A stretch of DNA of 62,598 bases from Akkermansia muciniphila (GTDB lineage Bacteria; Verrucomicrobiota; Verrucomicrobiia; Limisphaerales; SIAT01): positions 1 through 62,598 of the forward strand of contig CAMASG010000004.1 in assembly GCA_945860945.1 (NCBI GenBank). The letters are read 5' to 3'. How positions within the stretch are numbered: the first letter of the stretch is position 1; each line of letters opens with the position of its first letter. The notes beneath the pieces were generated by a model. That model did no database searches, was not told where the DNA came from, and worked only from the letters and a program-made list of their open reading frames with translations. The position numbers were made by a program, and so were the translations under genes. This document shows, one piece after another, positions 38,065 through 48,136 of this stretch.

Positions 38065-38883
38065 ATGAAAGCGAAACCAATTCTCGCAACTTTGACCACG
38101 GTGCTGCTGGTGCTCGCGTGCTTGCTCGATCAGACCGCGTACGTTTGGGCTCAAGCGGCCGTTCCAGCCGTTGTTCCTCCCGTTGTTCCGCCGCCCGGCG
38201 GTCTGATTCCTCCTGGGGGCGTGCCGCCGCCCGAGGAAGTTGATCCGGAAGTTGAAAAAGCTAAGGCCGCGGCCAAGAACAAAAAGAAAGAGGACGATGC
38301 GCGCAAGGTGCTAGAGGAGAAAAGGAAGAAGATTGAGGAAGAGGCGAAGAAACTGCGCGACATCATTGCCCGCGCTAAGGTTTCAAAAGCTGGAGCAGCG
38401 GAAGGAAATCCTTTCGAGCAGTATAATCTCGGCGTGATGTATAGCGATGGAATCGGCGTGCCGCTCGACTATTCTGAGTCATTCAAATGGCATCAACGAT
38501 CGGCCAAACAATGGCATCCCGAAGCGCAGTACGCGCTCGGTGTGGCCTATTATCTTGGACAAGGAATCCCCAAGAACAAGATTGAGTCCTACGCGTGGTG
38601 GAACCTCGCCGCATCGCAGGGGAACAAAGATGCGATTGTGGATCGAGAAAAGTTGGCACAGGAGATGACCGCGTATCAAGTCGAGGTTGCGCAGCGTCTC
38701 ACGCGTGGCTACATCGCCGAAAAGGAAGCTGCCGAGCGATTCCCGAAGCCGGGCCAGAAGAAATTTGTGGCCAAGGTCGAACCTCCTTCACCTGAACCAG
38801 CGCCGCCGCCGGAACCCGCGCCGAAGAAAGAGCCGGCACCGGCGCCAAAAGTGGAACCGCCTCCCGTCGCTCCAGCGGAGTAG
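38065..38883 (+). CDS. Sel1-repeat protein with signal peptide and Pro-rich termini
   Basis: EQYNLGVMYSDGIGVPLDY, AQYALGVAYYLGQGIPKNKIESYAWWNLAASQG. Confidence 0.88.
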   Translation: MKAKPILATLTTVLLVLACLLDQTAYVWAQAAVPAVVPPVVPPPGGLIPPGGVPPPEEVDPEVEKAKAAAKNKKKEDDARKVLEEKRKKIEEEAKKLRDIIARAKVSKAGAAEGNPFEQYNLGVMYSDGIGVPLDYSESFKWHQRSAKQWHPEAQYALGVAYYLGQGIPKNKIESYAWWNLAASQGNKDAIVDREKLAQEMTAYQVEVAQRLTRGYIAEKEAAERFPKPGQKKFVAKVEPPSPEPAPPPEPAPKKEPAPAPKVEPPPVAPAE

Positions 38884-38921
38884 AACCAGTAACTGCAGAC
38901 TCCTCGTTGGATTTACCTAAA

Positions 38922-39740
38922 TCACTCGGCTTTCAGGCGCAGTAGATAGACGTGAACGCTGCTCCCCCGTCCGTGGGCATCCTGCAGAGCCAAGTAATAG
39001 ATTCCGTCTCGCGGGAGCTTCGCTTTCAGCACCGCATCGTTTCCGCTAGCGTCGTCGTTGCTGGCGATGATTTGGCCGCGCGCATCGAACAGCGTGAGCG
39101 AGGCATCGAGCGGCGATCCGAGTTGTGCAGCGCGTACTTCGGCGGCGATGGTTTGGGCGGCTTTGCCAGAGAACTGGAATGTGTCCACGTCATTGCCATC
39201 GCTGATTTCGCCTTGGATGGTCTGACCTAAATTGAGTGCCTGAGCTTGGCGAAAACCACCGTTGAATTCCTTCTCCTTTACAATGTCGGCAGGGATGAAC
39301 ACGGGTATCGTGTGCGGTTTGCTTTCACCATCCGGTGTGACAACGAACAGCGTGAGCGGAGTTGCGGGCGCAGAGGACGTCACGATAAGAGAGATTTCAA
39401 CCTGCGTGTCGCCGAGTTTCTTCGCCTCCATCGGTTTTGGTGCATCCGCTTTGCTCTTGGATTTGAGAGTGATTTGGATGTTCGCGTTGGTCGTGATTAG
39501 GCGCACGGCGGTGGCGTTGTCGAGGTAGAGGCCTCGCAGTTTAATCAAGTTCGTCGTGCCGCTGATTGCGTTGAGCGGAACGGCCACGAGGATTTGCGGC
39601 GGTCCTTTCTTTTCCTCCTTCTTTTTCTCTTGGGCGAAGGAGATGCCAGCAGACAACGAGATGAGCGCAGTCAGAAAAAATGTGAGGCGGACGAAAACGA
39701 AACGGCCGCCCGATTGCGGGAATGAAGGTTTTGAGCGCAA
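38922..39740 (-). CDS. PPC (pre-peptidase C-terminal) domain secreted protein
   Basis: EKEFNGGFRQAQ, GEISDGNDVDTFQFSG, GSPLDASLTLFD...ASNDD; start codon uncertain. Confidence 0.8.
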   Translation of the reverse strand: MRSKPSFPQSGGRFVFVRLTFFLTALISLSAGISFAQEKKKEEKKGPPQILVAVPLNAISGTTNLIKLRGLYLDNATAVRLITTNANIQITLKSKSKADAPKPMEAKKLGDTQVEISLIVTSSAPATPLTLFVVTPDGESKPHTIPVFIPADIVKEKEFNGGFRQAQALNLGQTIQGEISDGNDVDTFQFSGKAAQTIAAEVRAAQLGSPLDASLTLFDARGQIIASNDDASGNDAVLKAKLPRDGIYYLALQDAHGRGSSVHVYLLRLKAE

Positions 39741-39752
39741 GGCGTGTGAGGC

Positions 39753-41087
39753 TTAGGAGTACAACTCTTTAATCAAGTCACCTTGATCGAGGATTTCCTG
39801 CGGACGCCCCTCGGGAGTACGGAGCTCTTTGCGTGGATTGATGCCGAGGGCTTCGTAGATGCTGTAGGCGACATCGGCTGGGCGCACGGGGCGATCGGTG
39901 ACGTAGGCGCCGTGCTTGTCGGTCGCGCCGATGACATTGCCGCCACGCACGCCGGCGCCGGCGAAGAGCAGCGACGCGGCGGGGCCCCAATGGTCGCGTC
40001 CGTTGTCCTTGTTGACTTTTGGGGAGCGGCCGAACTCGCCCATCACGACAACGAGCGTCTCCTTGAGCAGTCCGCTTTGGTCGAGATTCTTGATGAGCGC
40101 GGCAAGGCCTTGATCGAGGTGCGGAACTTTTTTCTCGAGGCCTTCCCAGATTTTCGCGTGGTGATCCCAGCCGCCGCTGTTGATGGTGACGAAGCGGACA
40201 CCGCGCTCGACCAGTCGCCGTGCGAGCAGGCAGCTCTGACCAAATTCGCTGCGGCCGAATTCGTCGCGCACCTTCGAATCTTCCTTTTCAATTTCGAAAG
40301 CGGTCTGCGCTTCGGGCGAGAGGATCATCTCGGCGGCGCGTTGCTGGAACTCGCCGTAGGTGGCGAGTTGGTCATTGCCCTTCACGCGCGCGGAGAGCGT
40401 GTCCACCGCGGCGAGCAGCGACTTGCGGCGGTCGAGGCTTTGCGTGGTGCATTCCTGCGCCTTCGCGAGATCGCGAACCTTGTAACCTTCCGCGTTCGGA
40501 TCGCCGGCTTTGAAAGATTCATAGCGACCGCCAAGCCACACGCTCCGGCCCAGTTCCCAAGTGAAGGAAGGATTGCGCGGCACGGCCACATAAGGCGGTA
40601 ACGCGCCATTGAAGCCGCTTTCGTGCGCGACGATTGAGCCGATGGAAGGATGATCGCCAAAGGCGGATCCGAAGCGGCCGCTTAACACCCAGTTCGTGGC
40701 GGTTTCGTGGTGGTCGTTCTCGTGCGCACCGGAGCGGATGAGGGAGACTTTGTTCATCATCTTGGCCATGCGCGGCAAGAGTTCGCTGACGTGCAGGCCG
40801 GTGACATTGGTCGGGATCGACTTGTACTTGCCGCGAATTTCCTCGGGCGCGTCGGGCTTCGGATCGAAGGTGTCGTGGTGCGAGAGGCCGCCGCCGAGAT
40901 AGACGAGGATGACCGATTTGGCGCGGGCTTTGCCGCGGGCGCCGTCGGCGGCGATGGCTTTTTCAAAGGAGAGCAGATTGCCCAGCGAGAGTCCGAGAGG
41001 GGCGAGTCCGCCGACGCGGAGGAAATCGCGGCGGCTCCAGCCGTTGCAGAACTTGTGCCGTTTGTGGTCGAGAGATATGTCGAGCAT
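39753..41087 (-). CDS. DUF1501 domain protein (Tat signal)
   Basis: SRRDFL twin-arginine; LGGGLSHHDTFDPKP, LLARRLVERGVRFV, GWDHH, GEFGRSP, GRDHW. Confidence 0.92.
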   Translation of the reverse strand: MLDISLDHKRHKFCNGWSRRDFLRVGGLAPLGLSLGNLLSFEKAIAADGARGKARAKSVILVYLGGGLSHHDTFDPKPDAPEEIRGKYKSIPTNVTGLHVSELLPRMAKMMNKVSLIRSGAHENDHHETATNWVLSGRFGSAFGDHPSIGSIVAHESGFNGALPPYVAVPRNPSFTWELGRSVWLGGRYESFKAGDPNAEGYKVRDLAKAQECTTQSLDRRKSLLAAVDTLSARVKGNDQLATYGEFQQRAAEMILSPEAQTAFEIEKEDSKVRDEFGRSEFGQSCLLARRLVERGVRFVTINSGGWDHHAKIWEGLEKKVPHLDQGLAALIKNLDQSGLLKETLVVVMGEFGRSPKVNKDNGRDHWGPAASLLFAGAGVRGGNVIGATDKHGAYVTDRPVRPADVAYSIYEALGINPRKELRTPEGRPQEILDQGDLIKELYS

Positions 41088-41100
41088 ACGTTTCTTTTGG

Positions 41101-43812
41101 TCAATGGTTGAAGGCGAATTCCTTGCTGTTCAGCAACGCCCAGAAGAGGTCGCGATACACCTCTTCGCGCGGATCGCCGCTCGCGAGAGCTTTGGTCACG
41201 GCAGCGCTCTCGCTCTCGTTTGGTCGACGGCAGAGTGTGGCGAGGAAAATGGTTTCGGTGATGCGAGTGTTGTCGCTCGTCTCTTTCAGCAGGGCAACGA
41301 GTCGGCTCTCATTGGAACGCAGCTTCGTTTGCACGCCATCGCCGTTTTGCAAATGAAGGAGCTGCGGCAACGTGACCTCGCCATTCCGCTCGCAAGCGCA
41401 AGCAGTCACGCGGTCGGATCGCCCGAAGAGTCCGAGGAAATAAGAGCCGACGTGAGGCTCGGGGAGTTGAGTGGCACGGAGACCGACGGGATAACCGATG
41501 AACTGATCGGGCACAGCGGTGGCTTGGCTGATGGCGTCGAGCAACACCTCGGCGGGTAGACGGCGCGCGTAGTAGTGCGAGTGAAAACGGCGATCGTTCT
41601 CATTCGCCGCGAGCGGTTCGGCGCTGAGTTGATAGGCGCGCGAGTTGAGGATGAGCCGCATCACGTGCTTGAGATCGTAACGATTGGCGACGAACTCGCG
41701 GCTGAGAAAACGCCACAGCTCGGGGTTTGAAGGGGGATTACTGGCCCGCAAATCGTCCACCGGTTCGACCATTCCGGCGCCCATGAAATGTTTCCAAAGC
41801 CGGTTCACCATCGCACCGCTGAATTGTTCGTTCTTCGGATCAGTCATCCACGCGGCAAGAGTTTCGCGCGGATCCTGCCCCGGTTGGGTGAGTAGCGTGG
41901 CGCGGTCGAGGGGCTGTGGCTGCATCGCTTTTTGCGTGCGCGGCTGCGTGACGGTGACTGGCTTGATGCGGAGCTTCGTCAACTGCTCACGGTTGGAATC
42001 GAGTTGCTTGCGCTGGTCGGCAATCTTCTTGTTCGCCTTTTCCAGATCGGGTCCCGCGAGCGGTTTCGCGGCGGTCTCGGCGTCGGTGAGGCTTTTTTCC
42101 ATCTGAGAAATCTGCTGCTGCTTCTGCTCTTCCTCGTTGGTGGTGACGAGCAATTCGGTCGCGCCCAACTCGGGACTCGTGCGCTTGAGTTGGACGCGGC
42201 CGAAGTAGGCCGCGAAGTGGTAGAAGTCGTCCTGCGTGTATTTCTCGAGCGGATGGTTGTGGCAACGCGCGCAGCCGATGCGCGTGCCGAGAAACGCCTG
42301 CGCGACCGAGTCGGTCACCTCGCTCTTGGCCACTTCGCGGTGCTCGCCGATGGTGGTGATGAAATAGCCGATCTGCGGCCGGCTCACGCTGTCTCCGGTG
42401 GCGGTGATGATATCGCGAGCGAGTTCATCCCACGGCCGGTTCGCCGCAATCTGCGTGCGCAGCCACGAATGAAACGCGCGCACTCCTTTTGTGCCGCGCA
42501 CATCGTGGTCGCGTTCTTTTCGATTCTGCAGCAGGTCGGCGAGTTGAAGCGTCCAATAGTCGGCGAACTCATCGCGCACGAGCAATTGATTGATGATGCG
42601 ATTGCGCTTGTCCGCTGAGTTGTCGGCGAGAAATGCACGGACCTCTTCGGGCGTTGGCAACGTGCCGATGGTGTCGAGCGAAACGCGCCGAAGGAACGTG
42701 GCATCGTCGCACAATTCAGAGGGTGGCAGGCGCAACGACGCGAGCTTGGCGAACACGTGCTGGTCAATGGTGTTGTTTGTTTTGGCGAAGGCGGCGGGTT
42801 CGATTTTGTTATCGTGAGGCGCGGTGAAGGTGATCACTTCCACTTGTCCTTGAAAATGAACGCGCGCAGCGGTTTCACCCGCGCGAATTGAACGAGCCAG
42901 GCCAGTCGGCGTGACTTCGATAGTGGCGGCATCGTTGGAGAAAAATTGCGCGAGCCACGTCACGTCGCGCACGTGGCCGTCCGGATAATGAGCGCGGACG
43001 AGCAGTTGCTGCGTCTCGCCAACGCGTAAGGTGCGGGTGCCGGGGAGGATTTCAATGCGGCTGGGGTTGCTCTCGCTGGCAATCGGTCCGGGCGCGCGAT
43101 GAGTGATCCATTCGACCAACGTGCGGTGTGCGCGCGAATCTTCGGCAATCCGCTGACCTCCCTCGTGCGGAATGATGGCGAGCGGTTTCAAGACGAACAG
43201 GCTCTGCGCGGGCGCGCCGTGGTTGAGGCGGCGGCCATTGAGTTCTTTGACAATCCAGTCGTGGTCCCATTCTGGAGCGTAACCGCGCAGCGAAAGCTTG
43301 AAGCCATTTTGGCCGGCGAGCTTGCCGTGGCAGGCGCCGTTGTTGCAGCCGTTGCGCGTGAGAATCGGAATGATGTCTTCGCGGAAGGAAGGGGGTTGAG
43401 CCACCGTCGCGTCGGTGACGTTGATGGAAATTTTCTGCGACACGCCTTTGTAACTGACGGTGATTTCCGTTTGACCATCGGCGAGGGCGCGGCAGTTCGC
43501 GTCAGTGTCGACGCTGGCGAGTTTCGGATCTTTGACTGAAAACTTCGCCTGCGCGGTGACGTCGGTTGTGCGGCCATCGGCGGCGACGGCGGTGACGAGT
43601 AAACCGTGTTCGGCATTCGCGCCTCGGAGTTCAATCGCGTTCGGTTGGACAATCAGTTTGGCCGGCTTGTCACTTGTGCCGAAAATCCAGAAAGCGTGCG
43701 CAGAGCAGGGAAGGAGCACGGCGAGGAATGCTGTAATCACAGCACGGTGGAAAAGGCGTTTGTAAAATGGCTTTGGCGCGGAGTGTGTCATACAGGCCGT
43801 ACTGGTCGGCAT
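41101..43812 (-). CDS. DUF1549/DUF1553 (PSCyt2/PSD1) protein with Ig-like domains
   Basis: GCNNGACHG, FLRRVSLDTIGTLPT, GCARCHNHP, VNRLWKHFMGAG, ALLNSKEFAFNH. Confidence 0.9.
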   Translation of the reverse strand: MPTSTACMTHSAPKPFYKRLFHRAVITAFLAVLLPCSAHAFWIFGTSDKPAKLIVQPNAIELRGANAEHGLLVTAVAADGRTTDVTAQAKFSVKDPKLASVDTDANCRALADGQTEITVSYKGVSQKISINVTDATVAQPPSFREDIIPILTRNGCNNGACHGKLAGQNGFKLSLRGYAPEWDHDWIVKELNGRRLNHGAPAQSLFVLKPLAIIPHEGGQRIAEDSRAHRTLVEWITHRAPGPIASESNPSRIEILPGTRTLRVGETQQLLVRAHYPDGHVRDVTWLAQFFSNDAATIEVTPTGLARSIRAGETAARVHFQGQVEVITFTAPHDNKIEPAAFAKTNNTIDQHVFAKLASLRLPPSELCDDATFLRRVSLDTIGTLPTPEEVRAFLADNSADKRNRIINQLLVRDEFADYWTLQLADLLQNRKERDHDVRGTKGVRAFHSWLRTQIAANRPWDELARDIITATGDSVSRPQIGYFITTIGEHREVAKSEVTDSVAQAFLGTRIGCARCHNHPLEKYTQDDFYHFAAYFGRVQLKRTSPELGATELLVTTNEEEQKQQQISQMEKSLTDAETAAKPLAGPDLEKANKKIADQRKQLDSNREQLTKLRIKPVTVTQPRTQKAMQPQPLDRATLLTQPGQDPRETLAAWMTDPKNEQFSGAMVNRLWKHFMGAGMVEPVDDLRASNPPSNPELWRFLSREFVANRYDLKHVMRLILNSRAYQLSAEPLAANENDRRFHSHYYARRLPAEVLLDAISQATAVPDQFIGYPVGLRATQLPEPHVGSYFLGLFGRSDRVTACACERNGEVTLPQLLHLQNGDGVQTKLRSNESRLVALLKETSDNTRITETIFLATLCRRPNESESAAVTKALASGDPREEVYRDLFWALLNSKEFAFNH

Positions 43813-43893
43813 TTGAGCATAGGTGAGTGGGTTTGTTCAAAAGCTTTTCCAGAGCTTCGGTGGTCGGGAAGTAGATGAAAATGGAAATAACGC

Positions 43894-43922
43894 TTGCGTT
43901 GAGGTTGGGAGATTCCTATATT
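43894..43922 (+). promoter_or_regulatory. Sigma70 promoter of rpmI-rplT
   Basis: TTGCGT-17bp-TATATT. Confidence 0.65.
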
Positions 43923-43951
43923 CGCCGTCCTTTTTAGTAAGGAAAAAGATT

Positions 43952-44161
43952 ATGCGTCGTCCCAAAGGCATCAAAACAAAGAAGTCGGTCGTGAAGCGTT
44001 TTAAACTCACCGCTACGGGCAAGCTGCTCCGCGGCCGTGCCGGCAAGCGGCACTTGCTCTCGACCAAGAGTCCGAAGCGCCGCCGTTCGCTCGGCACCGC
44101 CACGCTGGTGGATAAAACCGACATGTACCGTGTCATGCGGTGCCTGCCGTTCACGCGCTAA
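43952..44161 (+). CDS. rpmI: 50S ribosomal protein L35
   Basis: attATG 43952; KTKKSVVKRFKLTATGK...HLLSTKS..RRRSL. Confidence 0.95.
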   Translation: MRRPKGIKTKKSVVKRFKLTATGKLLRGRAGKRHLLSTKSPKRRRSLGTATLVDKTDMYRVMRCLPFTR

Positions 44162-44194
44162 CCGACCTCGTTCACTATTTAATTTTTCCGACCT

Positions 44195-44566
44195 ATGAGA
44201 GTTACAAACGCCCCAGCTTCACGCAAACGCCGCTCACGGATGATCAAAGCCGCGAAAGGCTTCCGGATGCGCCGCAGCAAACTGTATCGCTACGCATCTG
44301 ACGCGGTCGATCACGCCCGCCAGTATTCTTTCCGCGATCGTAAGGCCAAGAAGCGCACTTTCCGCGGGCTTTGGCAGATACGCATCAACGCCGCCGCTCG
44401 GGCCGCCGGCATCACCTACAGCCGCTTCATTGAAGGACTGAAGGCGGCTTCGATCGCCCTCGACCGCAAGGTGATTGCCGACCTCGCCGCGCAGGACGCG
44501 ACCGCGTTTAGCCAGTTGGTCAAGATCGCCCAAGCCGCTCTGAAGACCAAGACTGCGAAAGCATAA
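44195..44566 (+). CDS. rplT: 50S ribosomal protein L20
   Basis: AKGF, RDRKAKKRTFRGLWQIRINAA, YSRFI.GL, LDRKVIADLA. Confidence 0.97.
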   Translation: MRVTNAPASRKRRSRMIKAAKGFRMRRSKLYRYASDAVDHARQYSFRDRKAKKRTFRGLWQIRINAAARAAGITYSRFIEGLKAASIALDRKVIADLAAQDATAFSQLVKIAQAALKTKTAKA

Positions 44567-44591
44567 CGAGAGCCCGAGAACCGATTTCACG

Positions 44592-44622
44592 AACGGGCGA
44601 CCAGCGATGGCCGCCCGTTTTT
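44592..44622 (+). terminator. Terminator after rplT
   Basis: aacgggcg-a-cca-GCGA-tgg-c-cgcccgtt followed by TTT. Confidence 0.8.
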
Positions 44623-44669
44623 CATTTCACGACACGAGCACACTCGATTAACCTGCGCGCACATTTAGT

Positions 44670-45674
44670 ATGTCTTTCCTGAACGAGATTGAACCGCTCA
44701 AGCTGGCCGCGTTGGCTGAACTGCGTGCCGCCGCCGATTTGCCCGCGCTGGAGCAATCCAAAGGCGCGTGGATCGGCCCAGTCGGAAAGTTCACCGCGCT
44801 GATGAAACAGCTCGGGTCGCTCTCGAAGGAAGAGAAGCCCGCCGCCGGTAAGCTCATCAACCAAGCCAAGGTCGAGATTGAAACGGTGCTCGCCGAACGT
44901 CGCGCGGAACTGGAGATCAAAGCCGCGCTGCCGAAGGAGCCGACTGACTTTAGTCTTCCTGGCCGCCGCCGCACGCTGGGCAAGCTCCACCCGCTGACGC
45001 AGGTCACCGAGGACATTATCCGCTGCTTCCGCAAAATCGGCTTCGCTGTTGCCGACGGTCCTGAGATCGAGGACGAATACCACTGCTTCGACGCGCTCAA
45101 CACGCCCGCCGACCATCCCGCTCGCGACGCGCAGGACACGTTCTACCTCGGCACGCCCGCGCGCCCGTTGCTTCGCACGCACACCAGTTCGGTGCAGATT
45201 CGTGCGATGAAAAGCCGGCCGCCGCCGATTCGCATCATCGTTCCCGGCCGTGTCTATCGCCGCGACAACGCCGATGCCACGCACAATCCGACCTTTCACC
45301 AGATCGAAGGCCTTTACGTTGACAAAGGCGTCACTGTCAGCGATTTGAAAGGCACGGTTGAATTCGTCTTCAAGCAGTTGCTCGGCGACGATGTGAAGCT
45401 CCGCTTTCGTCCGCACTATTTCAGTTACACCGAACCGAGTTTCGAAATCGATTTTTCCAACGCGCTCGTGAAGAAGCTCGGCAAGGATTGGCTCGAAATC
45501 GCCGGCTGCGGCATGGTCCATCCGCAGGTGTTCGAGAATGTCGGCTACGATCCCGAGCAGTGGAGCGGTTGGGCGTTCGGCTTCGGCATTGAGCGTATCG
45601 CGATGATCCGCTACGGCATCAACGACATTCGCCTCTTCTACGAGAACGACGCGCGGTTCCTGAAGCAGTTCTGA
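44670..45674 (+). CDS. pheS: Phenylalanine-tRNA ligase alpha subunit
   Basis: HPARDAQDTFY, LRTHTS, GRVYRRD, FHQIEGL, FSYTEPS, GFGIER. Confidence 0.97.
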   Translation: MSFLNEIEPLKLAALAELRAAADLPALEQSKGAWIGPVGKFTALMKQLGSLSKEEKPAAGKLINQAKVEIETVLAERRAELEIKAALPKEPTDFSLPGRRRTLGKLHPLTQVTEDIIRCFRKIGFAVADGPEIEDEYHCFDALNTPADHPARDAQDTFYLGTPARPLLRTHTSSVQIRAMKSRPPPIRIIVPGRVYRRDNADATHNPTFHQIEGLYVDKGVTVSDLKGTVEFVFKQLLGDDVKLRFRPHYFSYTEPSFEIDFSNALVKKLGKDWLEIAGCGMVHPQVFENVGYDPEQWSGWAFGFGIERIAMIRYGINDIRLFYENDARFLKQF

Positions 45675-45686
45675 TTTCGCCATGCC

Positions 45687-48122
45687 ATGAAAGTCACACT
45701 CAACTGGCTCAAGCAGTACGTCGATTTCAACTGGTCGCCCGAGGAGTTGACCGAGCGCCTCACGATGCTCGGACTCGAGGTCGAGGGCGTGCAGAAGTTC
45801 AGCGGCGAGTTCGAGAGCATCGTCGTCTCAGAAATTATCACGCACGACAAGCACCCGAACGCCGACAAGCTTTCGGTCTGCCGCGTCAACAACGGCACGG
45901 GCGAGCGGCAGATTGTTTGCGGCGCGCAGAATTTCAAAGTCGGCGACAAAGTGCCGCTGGCGCTACCGGGCGCCGTGATGCCCACACCTGCCGGCGCGCC
46001 GCCGTTTGTCATTAAGGTTGGAAAGATTCGCAGCGTCGAATCGCACGGCATGATGTGTTCCGCGAAGGAGCTCGGTTTGGCCGAGGATGCCGAGGGACTT
46101 CTTCTTTTGCGCGACGATGCGAAGGTCGGTCAGTCGCTCGCCGAATATCTCGGCCGCGCTACGGGCGACGTGTTGTACGACCTCGAGATCACGCCGAACC
46201 GTCCGGATTGGAACAGCGTCATCGGTATCGCGCGCGAAATCAGCGCACTGACAGGGAACCCACTCAAGTTGCCGGAAGCCAACTTGCCTGTTGGTGTTGA
46301 AAAAGTGGACAGCCTCGTTGCTGTCCGCGTGGAGAACGTCGAGCTTTGCGGCCGTTACACTGCACGTGTTATCCGTGGCGTGAAGATTGGTCCGAGTCCC
46401 GACTGGCTTCGTGCCGCGCTCGAGAAGGCCGGCCTGCGCAGCATTAACAATGTGGTGGACGTCACGAACTTCGTGATGCTGGAGACCGGCCAACCGCTGC
46501 ACGCGTTCGACTACCACCTCGTCGCCAAGGCTGCTGATGGCAAGCCGACCGTCGTCGTTCGCCGCGCGCAGGAAGGCGAGTTGTTCGTCACGCTCGACGG
46601 ACAAAAGCGCGCGTTGACGGAGGATATGTTGCTCATCGCCGATGGTGAGAAAGGCATCGCGCTCGCTGGCGTGATGGGCGGGCAGAACACCGAGATCAAC
46701 GAGCAGACCCTTGATGTTCTGATTGAGAGCGCGTATTTCAAGCCGCAGAACATCCGCGCCACTTCCAAGAAGCTCGGCCTGCGCACCGATTCCTCTTACC
46801 GCTTCGAGCGCGGCGGCGACATCGGCGTTTGCGACTCGGCTAGCCGCCGGGCCGCACAACTGATTCTCGAAACCGCCGGCGGCCAACTTGCCGAAGGAGT
46901 GGTGGATACCTGCCCGAACCCGTCCGAGCTGAAGGCGGTTTCTCTCCGTCACGAGAAAACTACGGCGCTGCTTGGCGTGGAAATTTCAGCGGCGAAGCAG
47001 ATTGAAATGCTGCAAAGCCTCGGGTTGGCCGTTGCCACTAGCCAAGAGGCGGGCACCACGTCTTTCCGCATCCCGACCTTCCGCGTGGATTTGAAGCGCG
47101 ATGTGGACCTCATCGAGGAAATCGCGCGTCTTTACGGCGTGGATAAGATTCCGAGCACGCCGCCGCGTGGCGCCACGGGCACGCACGCGTACGACGCCGT
47201 CCACGACCAACTCGCCGAGGCGCGGCGCATTCTCGCCGGCCTTGGTTTGAGCGAAGCGCAGGGGCAGACGCTCATCGCTGAAAGTGCAGCGAAGCTCGCC
47301 GTCGCGTCCGAAACGATCGTCACGCTCGCCAATCCGCTGAGTAGCGATATGAACGTGTTGCGCCCGTCGCTTCTACCGGGATTGCTCGACTCGCTTCAGC
47401 ACAATCTCAGTCGTAAAAACGGCGATGTAGCGTTGTTCGAAATCGGCCGCGTCTTCACGCTCGTCAACGGCCAGTCGAAGGAAGAGCGCCGGATTGCTAT
47501 GGCCCTCACCGGTCGCCGCGCGGCGGCTTTCTGGAGCGGTGACGAGCGCGACGCGAAGTTCGACGCTTTCGATTTGAAGGGCATCCTCGAGGAGTTTCTC
47601 GAGCAGTTCGGTCTGCGCGGCATCGCTTACACCAAGCGCGTGGAGAGTACGCCGCTTCTTCTCGAGTCCGCCGTCATCGCTCTTGGCGGCAAGCATTCGC
47701 TCGGCGAGATGGGCCAACTCACACCGACGCTGGCGAAGAAATACGACCTGCGCGACGCAGTCTTCCTCGCGGAGTTGAACCTCGACCTGCTGCTCGCGCG
47801 TCGCAATCCGGCAAAGTCGTTCAAAGCGCTGCCGCAATTTCCAAGCATCGGCCGCGACGTGGCGATGCTCGTGGCGGAGGCGACGACGCATGACGCGGTG
47901 CTCGCCGCGGTGAAGCAGGCGAAGGCCGGCAATCTCGAGAGCGTGGAACTGTTCGACGTCTTCCGCGGCAAAGGCGTGCCCGACGGGCAGAAGAGTGTGG
48001 CGTACGCTTTCACTTATCGCGCCGCCGACCGCACGCTCACCGATGCCGAGGTGGCGGCCGCGCACGAGAAACTCGTGGCGCGCCTGACGCAGTCGCTCAA
48101 TGCGACCGTGCGAGAGGGTTGA
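45687..48122 (+). CDS. pheT: Phenylalanine-tRNA ligase beta subunit
   Basis: [59 protein letters not shown]. Confidence 0.97.
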   Translation: MKVTLNWLKQYVDFNWSPEELTERLTMLGLEVEGVQKFSGEFESIVVSEIITHDKHPNADKLSVCRVNNGTGERQIVCGAQNFKVGDKVPLALPGAVMPTPAGAPPFVIKVGKIRSVESHGMMCSAKELGLAEDAEGLLLLRDDAKVGQSLAEYLGRATGDVLYDLEITPNRPDWNSVIGIAREISALTGNPLKLPEANLPVGVEKVDSLVAVRVENVELCGRYTARVIRGVKIGPSPDWLRAALEKAGLRSINNVVDVTNFVMLETGQPLHAFDYHLVAKAADGKPTVVVRRAQEGELFVTLDGQKRALTEDMLLIADGEKGIALAGVMGGQNTEINEQTLDVLIESAYFKPQNIRATSKKLGLRTDSSYRFERGGDIGVCDSASRRAAQLILETAGGQLAEGVVDTCPNPSELKAVSLRHEKTTALLGVEISAAKQIEMLQSLGLAVATSQEAGTTSFRIPTFRVDLKRDVDLIEEIARLYGVDKIPSTPPRGATGTHAYDAVHDQLAEARRILAGLGLSEAQGQTLIAESAAKLAVASETIVTLANPLSSDMNVLRPSLLPGLLDSLQHNLSRKNGDVALFEIGRVFTLVNGQSKEERRIAMALTGRRAAAFWSGDERDAKFDAFDLKGILEEFLEQFGLRGIAYTKRVESTPLLLESAVIALGGKHSLGEMGQLTPTLAKKYDLRDAVFLAELNLDLLLARRNPAKSFKALPQFPSIGRDVAMLVAEATTHDAVLAAVKQAKAGNLESVELFDVFRGKGVPDGQKSVAYAFTYRAADRTLTDAEVAAAHEKLVARLTQSLNATVREG

Positions 48123-48136
48123 GTTTTCTTCTCTCA

